From: an uncultured Candidatus Saccharibacteria bacterium
GTDB lineage: Bacteria > Patescibacteriota > JACPGU01
Length of the DNA: 42,253 nucleotides
Assembly (NCBI GenBank): GCA_964355795.1
Contig: CAYHEQ010000004.1
Coordinates: 1 to 42,253, forward strand
Direction: 5' to 3'
The position numbers and the translations under genes are program-made. The notes below the pieces were generated by a model, which was not told the DNA's origin, did no database searches, and worked only from the letters and a program-made list of their open reading frames with translations. This document shows, one piece after another, positions 35,747 to 42,253 of this stretch (position 1 is its first letter; each line of letters opens with the position of its first letter).

Positions 35747-36043
35747 TTAAACAAGAGCTTTTTCCGTCAGCGGTTGAATAAAGATTGGCTTCCCGCAAGA
35801 ATAACAACTGGATTCCTCGCCAATCATCCCCAGTCCTTTATTGCCACAAGGGCACATCCATTGGCCATCAAAAATCCCCGAGAACGAAGACCCCCCTTCT
35901 TCTACAGCTGGTTTGATAGCCACTACTACGTTATCGCACTTTTCGGTGGGACAATGTGTCGCCGTGCCAATCCAACCCTCGCCACTCTGCCGACAAAAAG
36001 GGCAATACCAATGTCCTCTTCCTTTTTGAAGATTATTCGGCAC
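35747..36043 (-). CDS. hypothetical Cys-rich (double zinc-ribbon-like) small protein
   Basis: Cys pairs: CPFC...CPTEKC and CPC...CYSC. GTG at 36043 lies 7 nt after GGAGG. The track start at 36052 abuts the SD. Confidence 0.5.
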   Translation of the reverse strand: MPNNLQKGRGHWYCPFCRQSGEGWIGTATHCPTEKCDNVVVAIKPAVEEGGSSFSGIFDGQWMCPCGNKGLGMIGEESSCYSCGKPIFIQPLTEKALV

Positions 36044-36169
36044 CAGTAACACCTCCTCTTTACTCGTTTAGTTGAATTCTTAAGTTGCGTCTGAATCCTT
36101 CTTCTTCCCGCCATCGCAATTGTAATTTCTTAATTTCTTAATTTCTTATTTTTTTAATTTCTTATACCT

Positions 36170-38953
36170 CTACTTCGCCTCTTGCCAATTTTTGCCCATC
36201 CCGCTATCAACAATTATCGGACATTTGAGCTGGAAAACATTTTCCATGATTTTCTTAATTTTTTCAGACAGAGCGCGCTCTGTCTCTACGGGGATTTCGA
36301 AAACCAGTTCGTCATGCACTTGCAGAATCATTTTCACTTCGGGATTTTTGGACAAAATCTGCCGGTCAATTTCTATCATCGCCAGTTTGATAATGTCCGC
36401 GGCGGTGCCTTGAATCGGCATATTGATAGCCATTCGCTCGGCCGATTTGCGGATTTGCATATTGGGCGAATTGATATCGGGAGTGGGACGACGCCGTCCC
36501 AGCAAGGTCTGGACATAGCCGTGTTCTTTGGCAAATTCAATCGTCTCGCTAAGATAATCTCTGACGCCAGAAAAATTTTCAAAGTATTGATCAATGAATT
36601 CTTTGGCCTCCTTTGGATCGACATCAATGGATTGAGCCAACCCATAGGCGCTCATGCCGTAGAGGATGCCGAAATTGACCACTTTGGCCATCCGTCTCTG
36701 GTCTTTTGTCACCTTGTCTGCCTCAACATGAAAGACGGCCATGGCGGTCTCGGTATGAATATCGCGCCCGTCTTTGAACGCTTGCAACATTTTCCTATCC
36801 CCCGATAAATGCGCGGCAACCCGTAGCTCGATTTGCGAATAGTCAAAAACCATCAGCGTTTGCCCTTTTTCGGCGACAAAAGCCCCACGGATTTGTTGCC
36901 CCCATTCGGCGGAGGCCGGAATATTTTGTAGGTTGGGGTCGGTAGAAGACAGCCGTCCCGTCGCTGCGATGGTCTGACTGAAATTAGTATGAATCCGCCC
37001 ATCCATGGGATTGACTGCTTTGGGTAGCGCCTCCAGATAAGTATTTTGTAATTTGGAAAGCTCCCGATATGCCAAAATAGGCTCAATGATAGGGTGGGCG
37101 CCTTTTAATTTTTCCAGCTCTCCGGCGGCGGTAGAAAGACCGGTTTTATTTTTTTTAATCAATTCTGACGAGATTTTTAATTTTTGGAACAAAACTTCCG
37201 CCATCTGCGAGGGAGAAGCGATATTGAAATCCGACCCCGCGAGTTTATGAATCTTTTTTTCCAGCTCTTTGATTTTCTCCGCAACTATCCGCGATATCTT
37301 GTGAAGTTTTTCCGCGTCAATCCGCACCCCGTGCCACTCCATATCAGACAGGACTCGCAAGAGAGGCATTTCCACATCATAAAAGACATCGCTGATTTTT
37401 CCCGTCAATCTCTTCTTCAACAATTCGTACAGTCGCCAAGTAAAATCCGCGTCCTCGGTGGCGTATTGGGTCGCCTCATTGATATCGGTGTCGGCAAAAG
37501 ATTTTTGTTTGGCGCCTGTGCCAATCAATTGTGAAATCGGAATCATCTGGTGCCCGAATTCTATGAAAGCCAGATTGTCCAAAGAATGACCTCGACGAAC
37601 AGGGTCAAGACAATATGATGCCAACATCGTGTCAAAATAGATACCTGCCATTTTTACACCCGCTTTGCGGATAGCCAATAGATCATATTTTATATTTTGG
37701 CCAATCTTCCTTATCTTTTCGTCTTCAAGAATGAGTCGGAGCGTTTCCATGACCAATTTCTTCGGCAACTGTTGGCCCACCGTATGCCCCACCGGGATAT
37801 AATACCCCTCGCCCAACTTCCAAGAAAACGACAGCCCCACCAACTCCGAATTGAGTGCCCCCAAGTCCGAGGTCTCGGTATCAATGGCGAACTCCTTTTG
37901 CTTTTTCAATTCTTTCAGAAACTCGCCGAAAGATTTCTGGTCATTAACGAGTTTGTATTTGTGGTTTCGTAGAGGCAGGTGATTACCTGCCTTCTTTCTG
38001 GGCAGATTATTATCTGCCCCTACGGAATCAAACAATGTCTGCTCACCCTCTACTGGCTTCTTGCCCATCAGCTTCAACAACCTCGGCATCAGCGAGCGGA
38101 ATTCGTATTTTTGGAAAATAGCGGTGGCGTTTTTGAAATCCACATCATGCAAGACACAGGCTGGCAGGTCCAATTTGATCGGCGCGTTGAGATTGATGGT
38201 CGCCAATTTCTGCGATAGGTAAGCGTTGCCTTTGTCTATCGCTAATTTGTCGCGAATACTATCAGACATCGCGAATTTTCCCGAATCAATCGCAGAGTAG
38301 ACCCCATCCAGCGTCTTATATTTCTGCAACAAATCGGTAGCGGTCTTCTCGCCAATGCCCTTCACACCAGGAATATTATCCGACGCGTCGCCTCGCAGGG
38401 CTTTGTAGTCCACGACTTGCGAAGGCGTTAGCCCCATTTTTTCTACCACTCCTTTTTCATCATAAATAATGGTGTCCTTGATGCCTTTTTTCAAAGTATA
38501 GACAAAAGTATTTTTGTCCACCAGTTGCAAGGTGTCCATATCGCCAGTAACGATATAAGTATCCACACCAAGATTTTTACCATCTATTTTGTGACAGAGC
38601 GTCCCAATGAGGTCATCAGCCTCGTATCCTTGCAATTCAAATATCGGCACATTAAGCGAGGTCAGCACCTCTTTGGTCATCGGGATCTGCTCGTAAAGTT
38701 CATCTGGCGCTTTGACCCGCGTCGCCTTGTATTCTTTGTACTCTTCGTGCCGAAAAGTCGGTCCCGCCATATCAAAAGTCGCCGTGATATAATCCGGCCC
38801 GACATCTTCAATGGCCTTCAGCAAAGTGGCCGTGAACCCGTATACCGCCCCTATTGATTTCCCGTCCTTCGTCCGCAAATTAGGGATAGCGTGATACGAG
38901 CGATGGACAAGAGCGTTGGAGTCAATTAAAAGGAATTTTTTTTTCTTGGTCAT
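36170..38953 (-). CDS. polA: DNA polymerase I
   Basis: 5' nuclease (LLIDSNALVHRSYHA, GDASDNIPGVKGIGEKTA), 3'-5' exonuclease (FAIDTETS) and polymerase motifs A/B/C (DYSQIELR, RRMAKVVNFGILYG, QVHDE). Confidence 0.97.
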   Translation of the reverse strand: MTKKKKFLLIDSNALVHRSYHAIPNLRTKDGKSIGAVYGFTATLLKAIEDVGPDYITATFDMAGPTFRHEEYKEYKATRVKAPDELYEQIPMTKEVLTSLNVPIFELQGYEADDLIGTLCHKIDGKNLGVDTYIVTGDMDTLQLVDKNTFVYTLKKGIKDTIIYDEKGVVEKMGLTPSQVVDYKALRGDASDNIPGVKGIGEKTATDLLQKYKTLDGVYSAIDSGKFAMSDSIRDKLAIDKGNAYLSQKLATINLNAPIKLDLPACVLHDVDFKNATAIFQKYEFRSLMPRLLKLMGKKPVEGEQTLFDSVGADNNLPRKKAGNHLPLRNHKYKLVNDQKSFGEFLKELKKQKEFAIDTETSDLGALNSELVGLSFSWKLGEGYYIPVGHTVGQQLPKKLVMETLRLILEDEKIRKIGQNIKYDLLAIRKAGVKMAGIYFDTMLASYCLDPVRRGHSLDNLAFIEFGHQMIPISQLIGTGAKQKSFADTDINEATQYATEDADFTWRLYELLKKRLTGKISDVFYDVEMPLLRVLSDMEWHGVRIDAEKLHKISRIVAEKIKELEKKIHKLAGSDFNIASPSQMAEVLFQKLKISSELIKKNKTGLSTAAGELEKLKGAHPIIEPILAYRELSKLQNTYLEALPKAVNPMDGRIHTNFSQTIAATGRLSSTDPNLQNIPASAEWGQQIRGAFVAEKGQTLMVFDYSQIELRVAAHLSGDRKMLQAFKDGRDIHTETAMAVFHVEADKVTKDQRRMAKVVNFGILYGMSAYGLAQSIDVDPKEAKEFIDQYFENFSGVRDYLSETIEFAKEHGYVQTLLGRRRPTPDINSPNMQIRKSAERMAINMPIQGTAADIIKLAMIEIDRQILSKNPEVKMILQVHDELVFEIPVETERALSEKIKKIMENVFQLKCPIIVDSGMGKNWQEAK

Positions 38954-39008
38954 GAAGCTCCTCGAGTGTAATCACGAGAGGTTTCGTAGGAAATCGCGAC
39001 CTTGCCTG

Positions 39009-39028
39009 TTCCGACCGTAGCGTCGGAA
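39009..39028. repeat. CCGAC..GTCGG hairpin in the polA leader
   Basis: ttccgac-cgtagc-gtcggaa. The loop is the reverse complement of the loop at 15878-15883. Confidence 0.65.
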
Positions 39029-39141
39029 GGGAGCGAAGCGGAATCCCCCGAAGCAGATTTCGAGACCAACACTGGGTTATTTCTAAATATTTTTCTCAAC
39101 ACATGCCTCGCTTAAACACAAATCTATATTGCGAAGGGTGG

Positions 39142-39279
39142 ATAGATTATGGCATTAGTTGCTATAATCTATTATACTAGATTGTGAAGAATATCAAAAT
39201 GTCGGATGTAGCATCCGACTAGCACAAAAACACTCAACACATAATCTTTATGCGAGATATCTTCACATAAAGACGAGTT
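39142..39279 (+). repeat. conserved left block, copy 1 (bidirectional promoter-like region plus hairpins)
   Basis: 39142-39203 aligns to 41353-41414 and 39244-39279 aligns to 41470-41505. Contains tgctataat (+), TTGATA-15-TATAAT on the minus strand facing polA, and the hairpin ctttatgcgag...cacataaag. Confidence 0.8.
39200..39225 (+). repeat. TGTCGGATGTAGCATCCGACTAGCAC hairpin element, copy 2
   Basis: Identical to 13704-13729. It occupies the slot where the 41.4-kb copy of the block has a different hairpin. Confidence 0.85.
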
Positions 39280-39300
39280 CTGCAAAATCGAGTTTGAATT
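39277..39300. repeat. cassette-1 left inverted repeat
   Basis: The rc of gttctgcaaaatcgagtttgaatt matches 40017-40029 (13 bp) and 40047-40053 (7 bp). Confidence 0.8.
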
Positions 39301-39331
39301 ATATCTATATAAACGCAATTATTTTTTACTT

Positions 39332-40018
39332 ATGGCAACAAAACAATCAATGGAGTTTTTCGGTGAAGCCCTTTTATCATATTTTTTGGGTGGCCGAGAA
39401 AAATTTTATTTTAAAATGCCTTCCGGCGAAATATACGAACACCACCTAAAAAGATATTTTAGAAAGGCCACCCAAATAGCAAAATCAGAAAGAAAATTAA
39501 TTTCTTTGTCTTATGGCGACATTTTGGACGTTGGCTGTGCTACGAGCAATTATACTGCTCTGCTATCTAAGCGTGGAAAAGTTCTTGGTATTGATATATC
39601 CAAAAATGTCACCGATGTGGCTAAAATGGCTGGCCGAAAAGATTGTATTGTTGCGGATATTTTTACTTTTAAACCAAAGAAAAAATACGATACTATTACT
39701 TTTCTCGAGAACAATCTCGGCCTTGGCGGTTCTGTAGATAAGACAAAGAAATTATTGAAAAAAGTTTCATCTATATTGAAAGATGATGGTCAAATTCTGG
39801 CCGTATCAAAACAGTTAAACAACCAAAAATACTTTGTCAGAAAACTAACACCTATATGGAAGAAAAAAGTTGGGCCAGAATTTGCCTGGATCAACTTCAA
39901 TATAGATTTTCTTTCTGATTTATGCAAAAAGGAGGGGCTTCACCTTGAGCTTTTACAGGCAAATCGGTATACTTATCTAATAAGAATCGTAAAAAATAAA
40001 TTGCTTAAAAGGAAATAA
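39332..40018 (+). CDS. class I SAM-dependent methyltransferase
   Basis: Motif I ILDVGCATSNYTALL, then VLGIDIS and DTITFLENNLG. Confidence 0.8.
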   Translation: MATKQSMEFFGEALLSYFLGGREKFYFKMPSGEIYEHHLKRYFRKATQIAKSERKLISLSYGDILDVGCATSNYTALLSKRGKVLGIDISKNVTDVAKMAGRKDCIVADIFTFKPKKKYDTITFLENNLGLGGSVDKTKKLLKKVSSILKDDGQILAVSKQLNNQKYFVRKLTPIWKKKVGPEFAWINFNIDFLSDLCKKEGLHLELLQANRYTYLIRIVKNKLLKRK

Positions 40019-40053
40019 TTCAAACTCGACTCAAGCCCTTCGGGTCGCAGAAC
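40017..40053. repeat. cassette-1 right inverted repeat with a 16-nt insert
   Basis: aattcaaactcga[ctcaagcccttcgggt]cgcagaac. Confidence 0.8.
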
Positions 40054-40186
40054 ACGGTATATCTGGCTCAGAAATATGACGTATTTAATATTTATTGTTT
40101 GTCATATTTCTTCGACCCATATTTCAGGCTCTTTTCTACATTTAATATTGAATCGAGCCAGAAACATCAGATATACCGAAACATTA
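40051..40186 (+). repeat. conserved right element, copy 1 (11-bp terminal inverted repeats)
   Basis: aacaCGGTATATCTGgct...agaaatatgac/gtcatatttct inner hairpin...gagccagaaacatCAGATATACCGaaacatta. Confidence 0.8.
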
Positions 40187-40229
40187 TACGAAAGAGCAAA
40201 TTTTTTTTCTATCAATTAAGCAAATCAAT

Positions 40230-40475
40230 ATGAAACAAGTTTGGAAATTATTTTGGGATATATCTGCCGTAGTTATTGGTCTGTATTTTGGGTATAAAGT
40301 GTTCATTTATTCAGGTGAACATATTCCGGCTTTTGGATATTTCCCAATAGGATTAATATTTGGACTTTTCGTTTTGGGTATTGTTGCTTATTCCGTTCAC
40401 GGATTAGAGTTGCTTTTTAGTTGGGTTCTTTTCAAATTGTTTAGAATTAGAACGGAAGATGATTTGCCATTTTAA
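40230..40475 (+). CDS. hypothetical small membrane protein
   Basis: 81 aa with two or three hydrophobic helices. Confidence 0.5.
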   Translation: MKQVWKLFWDISAVVIGLYFGYKVFIYSGEHIPAFGYFPIGLIFGLFVLGIVAYSVHGLELLFSWVLFKLFRIRTEDDLPF

Positions 40476-40508
40476 TAATAGTTAAAAAATTTGCTCCATC
40501 GTATTCTA

Positions 40509-40551
40509 TGCTAGTCGGATGCCTGCCTGCGCAGGCAGGCTACATCTGACA
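40509..40551 (-). repeat. TGTCGGATG..CATCCGACTAGCA element, copy 3, with an 18-nt palindrome inserted in the loop
   Basis: tgctagtcggatg[cctgcctgcgcaggcagg]ctacatctgaca is the rc of the 39200 element, with 1 mismatch plus a perfect palindromic insert. Confidence 0.8.
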
Positions 40552-40658
40552 GGCAAAGGATGTCTCTTGACGCGTATATGCATTGCATATACAATGTATA
40601 TATATGACAAAATCCAAATGCCAAAGCTCAAATGTCAAATAATACTAATTCCAAGACT

Positions 40659-40973
40659 ATGAATGCCGTCATTAATTTCAAGACCGACAAAAAGATCAAG
40701 ACAGAGGCGCAGAAGATCGCGGGACAAATGGGGCTCACCCTCTCTGATGTGATGAATCTTTATTTGAGAGAGTTTATCGTGAAAAAGGAGTTGCTTGTTA
40801 CTGCCCACCAAGATGAATCGCGACCCTCAAAGATGCTCCTTGGCGCGATAAAAGAATCCAGAAGAAACCTCCGAGATGGTGATATTTCTCCCGCTTTTTC
40901 CAACGCCAAAAACGCTATTTCTTGGCTCAATAGCAAAAACAAAAAGTTCCAAAACGGCAAAATATGCCGCTAA
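40659..40973 (+). CDS. RelB/DinJ-family antitoxin (second copy)
   Basis: MNAVINFKTDKKIKTEAQKIAGQMGLTLSDVMNLYLREFI parallels the 31773 protein from its first residue. The track start at 40632 adds 9 residues. Confidence 0.8.
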   Translation: MNAVINFKTDKKIKTEAQKIAGQMGLTLSDVMNLYLREFIVKKELLVTAHQDESRPSKMLLGAIKESRRNLRDGDISPAFSNAKNAISWLNSKNKKFQNGKICR

Positions 40974-41230
40974 TCAGATTTGATAAGAAGTTTGTCAAAC
41001 AATACGATAAAGCAGATCCACAAATCCGCTGGTCTTTTGATAGAAGATTAGAGTTATTAATGACCAACAAAAACAGTCCTCTACTGGGACTGCACAAGCT
41101 CCATGGTCAATATTCGGGTTGTTGGAGCATAAATATTACTGGTGACTGGAGGGCTATTTTTCAAGAGATAAATGAGCAACAAACTATTTTTTTCATCGCC
41201 ATCGGCACTCACAGCCAGCTATATAAATAA
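40964..41230 (+). CDS. RelE/YafQ-family toxin (second copy)
   Basis: FDKKFVKQYDK...HKLHGQYSGCWSINITGDWRAIFQ...IFFIAIGTHSQLYK. Overlaps the antitoxin by 10 nt. Confidence 0.8.
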   Translation: MPLIRFDKKFVKQYDKADPQIRWSFDRRLELLMTNKNSPLLGLHKLHGQYSGCWSINITGDWRAIFQEINEQQTIFFIAIGTHSQLYK

Positions 41231-41252
41231 ATCTGCCCCGATTAAAATTCGC

Positions 41253-41354
41253 CTAAAATTGACCATCTCTAGTGCGCAGATTGGGTATCGCGTGATACGC
41301 CCGATGGACAAGGGCGTTGGAATCAATTAAGAGAAATCTTTTCTTCTTGGGCAT
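41253..41354 (-). pseudogene. displaced remnant of the polA 5' end
   Basis: Encodes MPKKKRFLLIDSNALVHRAYHAIPNLRTRDGQF*, compared with PolA MTKKKKFLLIDSNALVHRSYHAIPNLRTKDGKS. Confidence 0.8.
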
Positions 41355-41505
41355 AGATTATAGCTTTACTGGCTAGAATCTATTATACTAGATTGTGGGT
41401 AATATCAAAATGTCAGGACAGAGTCCCTGCTCGCATGGGATGACGATTACCTATAATACCCGACATACCATCTTTATGCGAAATATCTTCGCATAAAGAC
41501 GAGTT
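41353..41505 (+). repeat. conserved left block, copy 2
   Basis: Aligns to 39142-39279, with a different central hairpin and the perfect hairpin ctttatgcgaa-atatc-ttcgcataaag (41472-41498). Confidence 0.8.
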
Positions 41506-41543
41506 ATCGGATATATTGCTCTTTTAAAACGAATACTTTTGGG
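41503..41543. repeat. cassette-2 left inverted repeat
   Basis: The rc of gttatcggatatattgctcttttaaaacgaatacttttggg matches 41919-41936, 41967-41976 and 41980-41989. Confidence 0.8.
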
Positions 41544-41579
41544 AAGCTCTACAACACCAAATATAAGGAGGGTTCTAAA

Positions 41580-41870
41580 GTGTCGATTGAAAAACAGAAT
41601 GAAGTTTATGTCAGTGATGGAAAGGGCGGAAAAATCGTGGTTCGCCCCGGAGACAAAGTAACACTTTTGCCTCCAAAGGAAGGTGACGAAGAGGAAGGAT
41701 ACTTGTCGAAAAAACACCACGATTTTCTTCAGCGGTTTCTTGATGGACCAGGCCATTACGAAATATCATGGATAGGCCTGTGGCCATGTGGGAGAGCAAT
41801 GCTTTACCTGAAACTGACACACGGACGAGAACCCGGAGCTCACGTTTCCAAGTTCCAGTGCGCCGCATGA
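41580..41870 (+). CDS. hypothetical protein
   Basis: GTG start, with AAGGAGGG 7 nt upstream. 96 aa. No family recognised. Confidence 0.55.
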   Translation: MSIEKQNEVYVSDGKGGKIVVRPGDKVTLLPPKEGDEEEGYLSKKHHDFLQRFLDGPGHYEISWIGLWPCGRAMLYLKLTHGREPGAHVSKFQCAA

Positions 41871-41918
41871 AAAGCAATCGTTTCAAACTAGGGGGAGACC
41901 GCTTCCGTCTCCCCGCTT

Positions 41919-41989
41919 CCCAAAAGTATTCGTTTTGCTGGCTAAGTCGCCAGCAGGCTAACGCCTAAAAGAGCAAGACATCCGATAAC
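41919..41989. repeat. cassette-2 right inverted repeat with a 30-nt two-hairpin insert
   Basis: cccaaaagtattcgtttt[gctggctaagtcgccagc aggctaacgcct]aaaagagcaa gac atccgataac. Confidence 0.8.
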
Positions 41990-42102
41990 ACGGTATATCT
42001 GGCTACGGTTTGCTAAGTCGCAAACCTGCGCCCATATCTATGCTCTTCCTATATCAACTTAATTTTGTAGCGAGCCTAGACATCAGATATACCGAAACAT
42101 TA
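41987..42102 (+). repeat. conserved right element, copy 2
   Basis: aacaCGGTATATCTGgct...ggtttgc-taagtc-gcaaacc inner hairpin...cgagcctagacatCAGATATACCGaaacatta. Confidence 0.8.
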
Positions 42103-42253
42103 TCTGGAAATCGCGCCCTCGCCTCGTCCTTCGCTCTCGCTACGGACACGGCTTCAGTCGCTCTGATTTCCAGATAACGGCTTCGGAAATAATTCCGTGT
42201 TCTCTTCGTCGCTCCTTCGCCTTCGGCTCCGGTCGCGACATCAGATAACACGG

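Noticed and set aside
36124-36164. CRISPR array (also considered for 27113-27140 and 32810-32837)
   Set aside because: Units are 7-16 nt and directly adjacent, with no spacers. Several lie inside conserved ORFs. No cas genes are present.
39277-41989. Integron gene cassettes with attC sites
   Set aside because: The inverted repeats flank each ORF on both sides instead of forming a contiguous attC at the 3' end. The junction words (GTTCTGC, GTTATCG) do not fit GTTRRRY. No intI or attI is present in the window.
42054-42251. 65-aa minus-strand ORF at the window end
   Set aside because: It lies entirely within nested inverted repeats of the cassette region. The composition is Arg/Ala-rich and there is no ribosome binding site.

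Overview
This 42.3-kb window looks like a small-genome, AT-leaning bacterium. Gene content and style are consistent with a CPR/Patescibacteria-like organism, but that is inference only. Most of the window is housekeeping, largely on the minus strand: trpS, a NUDIX hydrolase, groES-groEL, tlyA, efp, rpsF-ssb-rpsR, ruvA, RNase J, pnp, rpsO, an NrnA-like DHH phosphoesterase, a SpoIID-domain protein, a tRNA cluster, valS, tsaD, a FemAB-family transferase, holA and polA. Small accessory islets sit between these genes. (1) The strongest signal is a diversity-generating-retroelement (DGR) type template/variable repeat pair at 18891-19015 and 19360-19484. All 15 mismatches fall at template adenines, and the variable copy forms the C-terminus of a 276-aa ORF. 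No reverse transcriptase or Avd ORF occurs anywhere in the window. (2) At the right end (about 38.9-42.3 kb), two unrelated genes are each framed by the same conserved left element, by cassette-specific long inverted repeats, and by the same conserved right element, which has 11-bp terminal inverted repeats. The block is flanked by a duplicated polA promoter plus 5' coding fragment. (3) Inserted genes are repeatedly flanked by a displaced, diverged copy of the neighbouring gene end: a valS 3' remnant beside an NYN gene, a polA 5' remnant, an antitoxin 3' remnant in a Doc locus, a 5'-damaged tRNA-Met copy beside a GIY-YIG gene, and an intact tRNA-Ile(UAU) nested inside the anticodon of a degenerate copy of itself. 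(4) There are several hairpin and structured-repeat families with covarying stems. (5) Short tandem low-complexity repeats are inserted in frame in valS, tsaD, tlyA and the FemAB gene. The window also holds two RelB/RelE-type toxin-antitoxin pairs, an AAA ATPase, a lysozyme-like protein and a Cys-rich small protein. I saw no rRNA, CRISPR array, transposase, integrase or recombinase. All protein family calls rest on motif recognition by eye from the supplied translations. No database search was possible.
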